Source of the DNA: Euryarchaeota archaeon UBA19
GTDB taxonomy: Archaea > Thermoplasmatota > Poseidoniia > Poseidoniales > Thalassarchaeaceae
Direction of reading: 5' to 3'
Length of the DNA: 64,000 nucleotides
Assembly (NCBI GenBank): GCA_002502175.1
Contig: DAPQ01000060.1
Span: forward strand, 7,784 to 71,783
Below, piece by piece: positions 1 through 9,828 of the stretch (positions are counted from its first letter, which is position 1; each line of letters begins with the position of its first letter). A program made the translations under genes and the position numbers. The notes beneath the pieces were generated by a model. It was given only the letters and a program-made list of their open reading frames with translations, did no database searches and was not told where the DNA came from.

Positions 1-59
1 ACATTGAACCTGATCCATTACATGCAGTCGCTAGAAAATTTATCGCCCCAACCGTAATT

Positions 60-821
60 TTGTTAATTTTCTCTCTATTTCTACACGCTATAGCTCCGGC
101 TTTAGGAGATGTGCCGCTACTATCATGGCTAACTCAAGGATCTTATCAAATCGGTCCACTTGATTATCCAAAATTATTATTCATCACATTTCCAATATTT
201 GTATTGCCAATAATCATCAGAATATACGCTAATTCTAGAGATATTAACAGGCAAAACACCTACATTAATTCCCCATTAGGTGACCCCGAATTAGAATTAT
301 CAATCGGCGATGGGTGGGTAGAAATCGCCGAAATGAAGTTACCTGAAGAGGTGCAATTTTCTGCAGCCAGAATACAAGCCGGTGTCGCGGTGCCTGAAAG
401 AAAAACCATGCTTAAGTCATCCAACCGGCCAGAAGGTACTCAACCCCCTCCAGGTATGTCAACCGCTTTACCAGAAAAAAGATTGACAGGGGGAGAAGAA
501 CATGGTACTGGGGTAGGAGAATCTACACCTCTAGCAGTTGATTATTCTCGAATCCTATTGTTGGAACCGATGAGGGTAAGGTCGAGAGGGACTTTGGAAA
601 CAAGTAATGAATTACCTATCAGATTGAATGGGCCCGAAGAAAGATGGCCGGGTACAGTTTATTCCTCGGTGATTGCATTACATTGGGAGATTCATTTGCA
701 CGTACTTTGGCAAGGCACGAGGTTAAGGTGGGTCAGTCCAATTATTATGCCTCAAACTGATAATAAAATATTGATTGATAATCTACCACTTAGGGCTGCT
801 AGGTCTGAAGATTCTAAGTAA
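60..821 (+). CDS. hypothetical protein with hydrophobic N-terminus and low-complexity C-terminal part
   Basis: 253-aa ORF. Two hydrophobic segments at the N-terminus and a Pro/Gly/Glu-rich remainder. No recognisable catalytic motifs. May begin upstream of the window. Confidence 0.25.
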   Translation: MLIFSLFLHAIAPALGDVPLLSWLTQGSYQIGPLDYPKLLFITFPIFVLPIIIRIYANSRDINRQNTYINSPLGDPELELSIGDGWVEIAEMKLPEEVQFSAARIQAGVAVPERKTMLKSSNRPEGTQPPPGMSTALPEKRLTGGEEHGTGVGESTPLAVDYSRILLLEPMRVRSRGTLETSNELPIRLNGPEERWPGTVYSSVIALHWEIHLHVLWQGTRLRWVSPIIMPQTDNKILIDNLPLRAARSEDSK

Positions 822-824
822 TAA

Positions 825-2015
825 TCACACAGGTTGTAAGGGTGGAGGGCAAGCTAGCTGATCCTCGGCAAATATTTCAGTTTCCAGATGGTTATAATCT
901 GAATCTCGTTTTTGTGGTATGAATCCTGCACGCGAAATTACCCTCTGTAATTCATCTTCTCCTGCTAGAGTCTTTGTGGTGCCGGAAGCAGAAACGACAT
1001 TTTCCTCCATCATTGTAGAGCCCGCGTCATCTGCTCCCGCAAATAGGGCTAGTTGGGCTATACCCATCCCCATTGTAGGCCAAGATGCTTGAATGTGGGT
1101 AATATTATCGAAAAACAAACGAGCAATAGCAACATGACGAAGATATTCATGAGCACCAGCTCCTAATTGAATTCTATTTTGACCCTTATTCCTTTTACCA
1201 AATGTATTGTTTTCTAATTGAACAGGCCATGCTATGAATGATGTAAATCCAATCAATCCGTCTGCTAAACTTCTGTCTTGTAGTCTTCGTATCCTATCCA
1301 TATGTTGAACACGGTGCGAATTATTCTCACCAAAACCAATGACATTCGTTGCAGATGTTGTTAGTCCAAGATGTTGTGCTTCTTCCATAACTCTTAGCCA
1401 ATTTTCCGAGCTACCTTTCTTTGGAGAGATGTCTAGGCGGACATCATCAACCAGCATTTCTGCTCCACCGCCTGGCAAGCCATGCATTCCTGCATCCTTC
1501 AATTGTTCTAGCACCTCTTTGGTAGAGGTTTGACAAACTTCTGCGATCCCTTCAATCTCGATAGGGGAAAAACAATCCAAAGCAATAGTCGGATGCCTTG
1601 CCCTTAATTGGCTAATCAAATTCGTGTACCACTCCATAGGTAGATCAGGGTTGACTCCGCCTTGCATTAACACGCGTGTGCCACCGATATTTTCTAACTC
1701 GGCAAATCTTGCACTAATTTGGTCTACGGATTGAGTGTAAGTCTCTTCATGCCCTGGGGGACGATAGAAAGAACAAAATTGACAATTTATTGTACACACA
1801 TTAGTGTAGTTGACATTTCGATCTACGAGATAAGTTACCTTATTTCCCGGAACTCTCTTTCTACGCATCAATAATCCAGCGTGCAATAATTCGTTTTGAT
1901 CGGCTTGATCGTAGAGAATTGTGGCTTCCTCAACAGAAAGTCGAGGAGGGTTATCACTTAATTGAGTTTCAAGAATTTCTTGCCAAGCGGCCAAACAATC
2001 ACAACCCTGAGCCAA
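825..2015 (-). CDS. radical SAM enzyme, MqnC/MqnE/CofH (ThiH-like) family
   Basis: Cys triad 'CTINCQFCSF' (CxxxCxxC) about 75 aa from the N-terminus. Length ~396 aa and overall pattern are typical of futalosine-pathway MqnC/MqnE or CofH/ThiH-like radical SAM enzymes. Confidence 0.55.
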   Translation of the reverse strand: MAQGCDCLAAWQEILETQLSDNPPRLSVEEATILYDQADQNELLHAGLLMRRKRVPGNKVTYLVDRNVNYTNVCTINCQFCSFYRPPGHEETYTQSVDQISARFAELENIGGTRVLMQGGVNPDLPMEWYTNLISQLRARHPTIALDCFSPIEIEGIAEVCQTSTKEVLEQLKDAGMHGLPGGGAEMLVDDVRLDISPKKGSSENWLRVMEEAQHLGLTTSATNVIGFGENNSHRVQHMDRIRRLQDRSLADGLIGFTSFIAWPVQLENNTFGKRNKGQNRIQLGAGAHEYLRHVAIARLFFDNITHIQASWPTMGMGIAQLALFAGADDAGSTMMEENVVSASGTTKTLAGEDELQRVISRAGFIPQKRDSDYNHLETEIFAEDQLACPPPLQPV

Positions 2016-3354
2016 CCAATGCTTCGATTTCTGTAATTTGTTTAGGGCAGCTTGAGGTTAAGACAACAGGTCCATCCTTAGTGATTAATACGTCGTCTTC
2101 GATACGAATTCCAATTCCGGAGTATTTCTCAGGGATTTCGACATCCTCCCTCCATGAGGCGAAATAAATACCTGGTTCGACAGTTAGAACCATACCTTCC
2201 TCTAGTAACCTACCATCGCCCTTTCCACGAGGTCTAGTTACTCCGACGTCATGAACATCCAGACCTAATGAATGACTAGTTCCATGCATGAAGAACTGAC
2301 GGGTTTTGCCATCTAAATCTTCACCCATGGCTTCTTCAAATGTACAATTCAGTATACCTAATTTAATCAGACCTCTGGAAATTACCTCCATAGTCGCTTT
2401 GTGAGATGCGTTCCATGGCGCACCCACCTGACAAGCTTCAATTCCTGCAATTTCAGCCTCTAGAACCAGATTGTATATCTCTCGTTGAGGCTCAGTAAAT
2501 TTACCATTAACAGGCCAGGTTCTAGTGATATCAGAAGCATAGCCCTCAACCTCGCAACCAGCGTCCACGAGAACTAGCTCTCCATCCGAAACGGATTTGT
2601 TGTTAGCATGGTAGTGTAGAATTGTGGCGTTGTCACCACCACCAACAATGGAGGGGTAACTCCATTGAGAACCATTCGATTGAAAACAACCCTCGATTAT
2701 GGCCTGAATTTCCCATTCTCCGATCCCGGTATGGCTCTTTTTCATTGCAATAGAATGTGCCATAGAGGCTAAATCAGCAGACTTTTGCATAATGGCGATC
2801 TCTTCCTGAGATTTACAAATTCGCATTTCATCTAAGATTGAGGAAGGATCTACTAGACTAATTGGACCCATCCCGTAGGTATTTCTTTGTCTACTCTTTG
2901 AGGTAAGAGAATCGTGGACAATTTGGTCAATATCTGCATTCAGATTTTGAATCAAATACACCCCATTTGATTTTTTCAACGAATCAGTAACAACTTCTTT
3001 CATCTCTAGTAGAGAATAGGCTTCATCAATCGGCCATCCTGATGATGCACCTTCTATGCCAATTCTTCGACCTTCCCAAATTTCTGCGGTTGTATCGTTT
3101 GGTTGGACAAATAATGAAACTAGCCAATTTTTCCCGTTATGTTTTGCCATTAATACGGACTCAGGTTCGGACCAACCACAAAGGTATAGCATGTAGGAAC
3201 TAGCTCGGAATGGATAGTGAACGTCATTAGAGCGAATAGAAGCTGGATTAGTTGGGATGAGAACTAAACTATCGTGAGGGATCTTGTCGAGGAATCTAGA
3301 CTGACGTCCTCTGTATTCTGACTCCGAGAAAGGTAGGCTAGCCATACTGTCCAC
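1999..3354 (-). CDS. Xaa-Pro aminopeptidase (M24B family, PepP-like)
   Basis: M24 signature region 'VLVDAGCEVEGYASDITRT' and 'HGTSHSLGLDVHDVG' (metal-binding His and Asp). Length of 451 aa fits PepP. Confidence 0.75.
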   Translation of the reverse strand: MDSMASLPFSESEYRGRQSRFLDKIPHDSLVLIPTNPASIRSNDVHYPFRASSYMLYLCGWSEPESVLMAKHNGKNWLVSLFVQPNDTTAEIWEGRRIGIEGASSGWPIDEAYSLLEMKEVVTDSLKKSNGVYLIQNLNADIDQIVHDSLTSKSRQRNTYGMGPISLVDPSSILDEMRICKSQEEIAIMQKSADLASMAHSIAMKKSHTGIGEWEIQAIIEGCFQSNGSQWSYPSIVGGGDNATILHYHANNKSVSDGELVLVDAGCEVEGYASDITRTWPVNGKFTEPQREIYNLVLEAEIAGIEACQVGAPWNASHKATMEVISRGLIKLGILNCTFEEAMGEDLDGKTRQFFMHGTSHSLGLDVHDVGVTRPRGKGDGRLLEEGMVLTVEPGIYFASWREDVEIPEKYSGIGIRIEDDVLITKDGPVVLTSSCPKQITEIEALVGSGL

Positions 3355-3421
3355 GCCTTGCCGAGAAGCAAGTTATTCTTAGGACTGTGGGATGAAAATA
3401 ATTTACAAAAAAAGTACAAAA

Positions 3422-4903
3422 TCAGGATTTCCATTTTGGTATTGTTCGTTCACTATTCCCTCGGAATCGGTTAACTAAGGCATATGTTAGGAACAATGCG
3501 CTAAATGCGAACGCCACCAGAGCGATTGGGAATGGCTTGACTTCGTCAGGATGAATTAAAATTACAGAAATCGTTGCGAACTCGCCATCATCGTCAATCA
3601 CTTCCAGAGTAAGTATGGCTCGATATTCTTCAACTTCAGTCCAAGAAAATTCTCTGTCACACCCCTCGTAAAGGGGAGAATTATCCAATAACCAAATACA
3701 TCTCAAACTGGAAGCATCATTTGCTGTGTCGGAACTTTCAGTGGCGTCTAATTTTATTTCAGAGGGATTTGAAATCCTAACTTCTTGACCGTCCGTAATA
3801 GCTTCGCCATCAATTATCAGCGATGCGGTAGGAACTGTATTCTTGATGTCTAAATTTACCATTTGCTCTGATGATAAGCCTCCTTTATCATAGACAGTTA
3901 AACTTAGAGTGTAGTTTCCAGATTGTGCCCCTGAGATAGAATATGTGTTGAGGTCTTCACCCATTTGTACATCGATTGGAAGATTGCCAGAGTGGGAAGG
4001 CCTTCTGAGAGTCCAAACATAGTACATTTCCGTTCTTCCCCAATACGGGTCCTCAGTTAGGGTTGCGTCGAATGTATGCCAAATATCATCCTCTACAGCA
4101 TAATCAATCCCCGATATTTTGATTACTGGTGGTTGGTTATTTACACGAATAGAAAATTCGTGGCTAGCCCCCACGGGAGCAGAATTACTCGATGGGCAGC
4201 CAATTAGTATTATTTCCATCCAACCGTCTAACTTGGCAGAAATATCCCAATTTATCTCGAATTCTCCAGATGGAAGTTCGTATACCTCATCAGTTATGGA
4301 TGCTTCATTGCAAACTGATGATTGAGGAATATGAGATGATTGAATTAGTCCCTGCGCCAAAGAACCTGAGATTTCTAGATTAACTCTCGCGTTTGGATAA
4401 GTACCAAGCCAACCACTAATTTGAAGAGAAGAATCTATCAAATCTCCGGATTGATCTGTATCTAACAAAAATCCAATCAAACCGGTTGAGTTTTCCTCAA
4501 CCATAAATACCACTCTAGTTTCTACAACTTCTAATCCATAATCATCTATTGAATGAACACTAACATAACATGCACACTCGCCTGAAGCTGAGAAAGTCAA
4601 CTCAAAGGACCAACCCCATTGTTCTCTACTACTTGTAGATGTTATATCAATCAAAGAACTCTGCAAATCTCCACCATCGAATTCTGTACCATCCTTAGAT
4701 ACCCGCCAAAATACATCTTGGGGTGGTTCATCATCTTCTATGATTCCTGAAAACGTGATCGACTCGGATGAATGGTATCCGTTTTCGACATCTATACTGA
4801 TTAAGGCAGGATCATCATCGTTGGAATTTTCTGCTTGAACACTATTGCACAGCAAAAGCAATGCTGAAAGTGATAGCAAGACTGCCCTCCAATGGCGCTT
4901 CAT
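3422..4903 (-). CDS. secreted cell-surface protein, N-terminal signal peptide and C-terminal TM anchor, Ig/PKD-like repeats
   Basis: N-terminal 'AVLLSLSALLLLCNSVQA' signal peptide. C-terminal hydrophobic helix 'IALVAFAFSALFLTYALV' followed by a basic tail. Ser/Thr/Asp-rich beta-type repeats. Confidence 0.4.
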   Translation of the reverse strand: MKRHWRAVLLSLSALLLLCNSVQAENSNDDDPALISIDVENGYHSSESITFSGIIEDDEPPQDVFWRVSKDGTEFDGGDLQSSLIDITSTSSREQWGWSFELTFSASGECACYVSVHSIDDYGLEVVETRVVFMVEENSTGLIGFLLDTDQSGDLIDSSLQISGWLGTYPNARVNLEISGSLAQGLIQSSHIPQSSVCNEASITDEVYELPSGEFEINWDISAKLDGWMEIILIGCPSSNSAPVGASHEFSIRVNNQPPVIKISGIDYAVEDDIWHTFDATLTEDPYWGRTEMYYVWTLRRPSHSGNLPIDVQMGEDLNTYSISGAQSGNYTLSLTVYDKGGLSSEQMVNLDIKNTVPTASLIIDGEAITDGQEVRISNPSEIKLDATESSDTANDASSLRCIWLLDNSPLYEGCDREFSWTEVEEYRAILTLEVIDDDGEFATISVILIHPDEVKPFPIALVAFAFSALFLTYALVNRFRGNSERTIPKWKS

Positions 4904-4955
4904 CAGCCCAAACGGCTAGACTATCTGTCTTGAACCTCATGCAAAAGTGTTCAAT

Positions 4956-6014
4956 TTATCTTTCTGAAATTTGCATTTGCCACACCAATTCATCAAGCCA
5001 CGTTCCTAGTGTATCAATATCTACGAATTCTTGACTGGCCTCAGCCGTTAGAATACAGTCACATGCGGCAGCGGCTAGTAGACCCGCATCTTCCATTGGC
5101 AAACCGTTTCCTAATGCTACTGCCAATGCTGTTGCCGCTGCGTCATGCAAACCTATCTGTTGTTTTGGAGTGGGGGCTGAACAATCGAAATGAATCACTT
5201 CTCCCTCCGATTGATAGAGAGTTACCCCATTAATCCCTCCCAAAACTACCAATGCATCCCAATCGTATGTAGAAATTAGTTCAGAGGCTGCGGAAGCAGA
5301 GTCGGAAGCCTCCAAACGTCGACGCATAAGTTCCATACCCCTCATCTCAACTAGAACAACCGTAGCACCTCGAGACCGTTCTAAACCGGTTAGTTTGGGG
5401 TCCATTATGACGGGTATGCCATTCTTGCTCGCAGCACCAATCAATTTTGAGGCGCTGGCTACAGTAACCGCACCATTATCATAATCTGAGATTACCAAAG
5501 CGCAACTATTCTCCAATTGCTTCATAGCATTATTAGCTAATTTATCAGACATTGAATTATCAATTTGATCAAGTGGTCCTCTGTCCGCCTGTAGTAAGAT
5601 TTGACTCTCTTCAAGCAGGCTTTCTCTGCTACCAAAAAACCGAATTTTTACGAGCGTATGCCTATCTGGAACTGATTCTATGCCCGTTACTGCAATTCCA
5701 TCTTCAGTTAACATATCGACAACTGCTTTACCTTCTCTATCATTTCCAACAAACGTGTGAAAATCAACATCTAGGCCTATTGAGTTTAGCCCCCTTGCAA
5801 TATGAGCCGCCGCCCCTGGGCTCTCATCAGTTTGGAAAATTTTCAACACAGGAACTGGTGCGATTGAGTTCAGATTATTCGCATATCCATGGTGATAACG
5901 GTCTAACATAACATCGCCCAACAATGTCACCTGAGAACCTTCCATATCATTGAGGCTGGAACGTAATCGCCTTAGAGATTCAATGCGGGAGACTGTTTCT
6001 TCGTCAATCGCCAT
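4956..6014 (-). CDS. PfkB-family sugar kinase with HldE/RfaE domain-I-like N-terminus
   Basis: N-terminal 'VTLLGDVMLDRYHHGYANN...APVPVL' matches the HldE/RfaE kinase-domain signature (VxVxGDxMLDRY...PEAPVPV). The C-terminal region is ribokinase-like. Confidence 0.55.
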   Translation of the reverse strand: MAIDEETVSRIESLRRLRSSLNDMEGSQVTLLGDVMLDRYHHGYANNLNSIAPVPVLKIFQTDESPGAAAHIARGLNSIGLDVDFHTFVGNDREGKAVVDMLTEDGIAVTGIESVPDRHTLVKIRFFGSRESLLEESQILLQADRGPLDQIDNSMSDKLANNAMKQLENSCALVISDYDNGAVTVASASKLIGAASKNGIPVIMDPKLTGLERSRGATVVLVEMRGMELMRRRLEASDSASAASELISTYDWDALVVLGGINGVTLYQSEGEVIHFDCSAPTPKQQIGLHDAAATALAVALGNGLPMEDAGLLAAAACDCILTAEASQEFVDIDTLGTWLDELVWQMQISER

Positions 6015-6038
6015 GAACCTTCCAAAGGTTGGGAGTGA

Positions 6039-7109
6039 ATGAGGTTTGGGGGAGCTAAATGGTCAAATCATGACCGACTAACTCAAGCGAGTAGGTTCTC
6101 TCCGCGAGGTATGGCTGACCACTCTGGGACTTGGGTCTACGAGGGGGCAGCCGCCGAAAGACTATGGCAAAAATCAGCGATTGGTAGACCAAATGGAGAG
6201 GGAAAACTAGAGTTATCTCCGGCTGAGACATTGTTCGTTCACTATCACAGGCACATAGACCTACCAACAAATGATTGGATGAATCACGCACTGAATCAAA
6301 ACCCGATGCTATTACAAGAATATTCTATCTTAGAGGCTCTTCGTGTACCGGGTAACAAGATTGTTTTATCTCAAAATATGGGGCTATTTTCTCAACAAAT
6401 TCACCCTAAGTCTTGGGCTACTCGATGGACTTCGAATACTCATCCAAGAAATAGTAAAGCGATTTCCGAAATACGATGGTTTCATGAATCCGATAAATTG
6501 GATGCAATAGAATTACACCAATGGACAATTGATGTAAGCAATTCCGGGAGAACGCCGGAGGTTTTGGTTGTAGATGAAGAGTTGAGTGTTGTAACATACC
6601 AACTATCCTCTCAAAACCCCCGTGGATCATTTCAAGATCAAGAGGCAATAGAATCTCTAACTAATTTATCTGGAGGAATTACCTCAGCCGACGGTTTGCT
6701 ATATCCATCCGATGATTGGAAAATCCAACAATTAGGAGTACCCACCGCAGGGGGTATTCATCTCGATTCAATCACATGTGAAATTATTCAAGGATTAAAT
6801 CCGCTATCGGAAGGCGCAATGATTCTTTCTGACTTGCTTAATAGGGGTCTCGTAATTCGACCCGGATTCAAGTACGGTACTAGATGGAGATGTTATGATA
6901 AGCCTCTAGGAGAGGATCATGCACCTTTCCTCGTAGTCTTGCCAGAGGATGCACCAAGAGATTGGGCCGGTGCTTGCCTCGCCTCCAGATTAGCATCTGG
7001 AGTAAACAAAATTTGGTTACACCCTGTCAATAATGGAGATTCATGGAGTTATCTAGCGATAACTAGACCACCTGCTGACTCACGATGGTCGAATCCAAGT
7101 AAACGCTGA
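6039..7109 (+). CDS. endA: tRNA-splicing endonuclease EndA, tandem two-unit form
   Basis: The C-terminal catalytic unit 'GFKYGTRWRCYDK...HAPFLVVL...RLASGVNKIW' matches the EndA catalytic domain (GxKYGxDFxxY ... H ... K). Length (~330 aa from the likely start at M25, 'MADHSG') indicates a duplicated-unit EndA as in Euryarchaeota/Thermoplasmatota. Confidence 0.55.
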   Translation: MRFGGAKWSNHDRLTQASRFSPRGMADHSGTWVYEGAAAERLWQKSAIGRPNGEGKLELSPAETLFVHYHRHIDLPTNDWMNHALNQNPMLLQEYSILEALRVPGNKIVLSQNMGLFSQQIHPKSWATRWTSNTHPRNSKAISEIRWFHESDKLDAIELHQWTIDVSNSGRTPEVLVVDEELSVVTYQLSSQNPRGSFQDQEAIESLTNLSGGITSADGLLYPSDDWKIQQLGVPTAGGIHLDSITCEIIQGLNPLSEGAMILSDLLNRGLVIRPGFKYGTRWRCYDKPLGEDHAPFLVVLPEDAPRDWAGACLASRLASGVNKIWLHPVNNGDSWSYLAITRPPADSRWSNPSKR

Positions 7110-7120
7110 TTTTTTTCACT
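7110..7120 (+). terminator. oligo-T tract directly after the endA stop (archaeal intrinsic terminator-like)
   Basis: The sequence 'tga ttttttt cac' lies immediately after the stop codon at 7107-7109. Confidence 0.3.
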
Positions 7121-7190
7121 TTTACTCGCTATAATATACCCCCCTGCCTACAAAAAGAAGGTTAGGCGATTTGATCCGCCAAGAAAGCCC

Positions 7191-7448
7191 ATGGGTCGAA
7201 CAGTTGCAACTTGGAGGATGAGAGGGGAAGAAAGAATAGAGGGGTGGAAGCAGTTTCGTAGAACTTTGAGACCGCAAGAACGTTCGGCTTACGATTCGAT
7301 GGTTAATGCCGCGAGAAACAGAGCGGCGGCTTGTGGAATGATACCCACGGTCGACCCTATGGAACCAATATTTCTAGCGATGTTAGTCGAAGCGTACGAG
7401 AGAATCTCAAAAATCGAAGACGAAATTGAGAGGTTGAGGAATGGATGA
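7191..7448 (+). CDS. small hypothetical protein; start of polB overlaps its end by 8 nt
   Basis: 85-aa ORF preceded by an AT-rich 'ctataatata' TATA-like element about 55 nt upstream. Charged helical C-terminus. No recognisable domain. Confidence 0.25.
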   Translation: MGRTVATWRMRGEERIEGWKQFRRTLRPQERSAYDSMVNAARNRAAACGMIPTVDPMEPIFLAMLVEAYERISKIEDEIERLRNG

Positions 7449-9828
7449 AGGATGGATCCTTGATTGTCATCTAGATATCAAAACCGAATGTATGAGTTTA
7501 TGGATAAAGAAAGACGATGGAGAAGTTCAACAAATCCTAATGCCATGGTCATTCACGATACATGTTCATGGAGAATCGCACAGATTAGATGAACTAGGTA
7601 GAGCCCTTTCTAGACCTGAATACCAACGTCCATTTGGAGCACTATCATTGAGAAGGGAAAGGCATCGTACCTCACATGAATCACAAAAACAGGTGGAAGT
7701 CCTGGCAGTTAATTTACAGAAGCCATCGAAGATAAGAAAAATTGCAGAGATGATTGATGCAAATGGTTCATGGCGAAATTTCGAGCTTTTTTCCGTTGAC
7801 CCAAAAATCACTCAGAAATTTTTGTTAGACCTCAAAACCCATCCATTTGGGAGAGTGAAGATAATTGGAAACCAAATTTTCCCCTTAGATACAAGAGACG
7901 AAGTTGATTGGCAACTTCCACCTCTTAGAATCATCGAACTCGATGTTTGTTGCCTAGATGTAAATGGTAAAAGAAAGGCTAGCGCACCAATTTCTAGTAT
8001 CACAATAGTTGACAAGGGAGTAATTAATTGTGAAAGCAAATCATTCAGTCAAACTTTGGTTGCCGACGCATATACTTGCTATGCCCATATGTTAGATGAT
8101 TTCCACAGAAAAATAGAGGAAATTGATCCCGACATTGTAATCACCCATGATGGAGACAGTGTCGACATTCCTGCATTGATTAGACTCGCCGAGAAGTCGG
8201 GAGTGAAGCTGAATATTAGTAGAAATGGTAGAGAAAGTAAACCTCGCTCTCAAGAACGTGTGGCTTGGAGCTACGGCCGACTTCTAAGAAAGGAAGCGTA
8301 CCATTCCTTAGAAGGGCGATTACACATTGATATGGGGCGCTCTTTCATAGGCAAAGAAGGTGGGATTGAGGGGTTAATGGAATTATCAAGAGCTTCGGGA
8401 TTACCAGCAGCGGACCTATCGAGATTATCACCAGGTTCAGCAATTTCAGCTATGCAAATTCGACAATCGATTGAAGATGGAGTATTGATTCCTTGGAAAA
8501 AGAATAGGCCAGAAGATATGAAAGATGCTGAACAAATAATGTTGGCTGATCGGGGTGGACTATACTTAGACCCAATTGTTGGTGTTCACCAAGGTGTTAT
8601 TGAACTAGATTTTGCGAGTTTATTCCCCAGCATAATTGCAACGAGGAACATTAGTCCTGAAACTATGAATTGTTTGTGCTGTAATCTAGATTCGGACCAT
8701 TCAAGAAAAGATGGGAGATTATCGTTGAATGTAAAAACAGCTGCTGCTGAAATTCAAAAAAGGCAAAAAAATAATGAAAATCTGAAATTAGTTGTACCCG
8801 AACTTGGATTACATGTCTGTACGAAAAGGCATGGATTCCTAGGTAGAGTGGTAGCACCTATAATTGAAAGACGGAATGTATTGAAAGAAAAAAGGCAGAA
8901 CAAAGGAGACGTTTGGGACAGAAGACAAAATGTTCTGAAGTGGATCTTGGTAACTTGTTTTGGCTATACTGGTTATCGAAATGCACGCTTTGGTAGAATA
9001 GAATGTCACGAGGCTATTTGCGCTTGGTCTCGTGAAATACTCCTGACCACTATTGAAGAAGCAAACAAAGAAGGATGGGATTGCATACACGCTATAGTAG
9101 ACGCTATTTGGATTAAAGATAGAAAGAATCGAAGCGAGGAAGAAAAACGAGATTCATACCAACGTTTGATGGTTAGAATTGAAGCATTGGTTGGCATACC
9201 TCTTGAACTAGAACATGAATATGATTGGATTGCATTCATCCCAAATAGAACTACAGGAGTTGGTGCACTCACCAAATACTATGCAAAGATAGGAGAAGAG
9301 TGGAAGGTTAGAGGGATTGAATTACGCCAGCATTCAACATGTGAATGGATAAGGCAATTACAAGAAGATATGATGGAAGATTTAGCGAATGACCCATTCG
9401 GAATTGGACCGAAAATCGCGGCTCAACGTGTTGAAGATGAAATATCTCGTATGAAGAGAGGGGAAGTACCATTGAGTCAATTGATAGTAGGTAGAAGAGT
9501 ACGATATGAAACTGGTAATCATCGTGTAATGAATCTGACAGCTGCGGCTCTTCTCCGTGCCCGAGCGCTAGAACAAATCACACCTCCTGGAAGGAAGGTT
9601 CGTTTTGCCGTAACAGGTTGGAAAAGAGAACAGCCTACCGACAGGGTGCGATTACAATCAGAAATAGACTCAGGAACGAATTCCATTTCAGGACAAAAAG
9701 GAGATGCTGAATTCTATACTCCACTAGCTGTTCGAGCCGCCACTTCGATACTATCTCCCTTCGGTTGGAATGAAGATGTTGTAACTGCAGGCTCGAAGAG
9801 GCAATCTAGTCTAGAGGTTTGGATGTGA
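7441..9828 (+). CDS. polB: family B DNA polymerase (PolB) paralog with degenerate catalytic motifs (likely inactivated)
   Basis: Motif A 'DFASLFPSII' is present. Exo II-like 'THDGDSVDIPAL' is present. Motif B reads 'KWILVTCFGYTGY' (the conserved N of KxxxNSxYG is V here). The motif C position reads 'HAIVDAIW' instead of YGDTDS. The KKRY position reads 'TKYYA'. The Exo I position reads 'IELDV'. Length of 795 aa is typical of archaeal PolB. Confidence 0.7.
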   Translation: MDEGWILDCHLDIKTECMSLWIKKDDGEVQQILMPWSFTIHVHGESHRLDELGRALSRPEYQRPFGALSLRRERHRTSHESQKQVEVLAVNLQKPSKIRKIAEMIDANGSWRNFELFSVDPKITQKFLLDLKTHPFGRVKIIGNQIFPLDTRDEVDWQLPPLRIIELDVCCLDVNGKRKASAPISSITIVDKGVINCESKSFSQTLVADAYTCYAHMLDDFHRKIEEIDPDIVITHDGDSVDIPALIRLAEKSGVKLNISRNGRESKPRSQERVAWSYGRLLRKEAYHSLEGRLHIDMGRSFIGKEGGIEGLMELSRASGLPAADLSRLSPGSAISAMQIRQSIEDGVLIPWKKNRPEDMKDAEQIMLADRGGLYLDPIVGVHQGVIELDFASLFPSIIATRNISPETMNCLCCNLDSDHSRKDGRLSLNVKTAAAEIQKRQKNNENLKLVVPELGLHVCTKRHGFLGRVVAPIIERRNVLKEKRQNKGDVWDRRQNVLKWILVTCFGYTGYRNARFGRIECHEAICAWSREILLTTIEEANKEGWDCIHAIVDAIWIKDRKNRSEEEKRDSYQRLMVRIEALVGIPLELEHEYDWIAFIPNRTTGVGALTKYYAKIGEEWKVRGIELRQHSTCEWIRQLQEDMMEDLANDPFGIGPKIAAQRVEDEISRMKRGEVPLSQLIVGRRVRYETGNHRVMNLTAAALLRARALEQITPPGRKVRFAVTGWKREQPTDRVRLQSEIDSGTNSISGQKGDAEFYTPLAVRAATSILSPFGWNEDVVTAGSKRQSSLEVWM

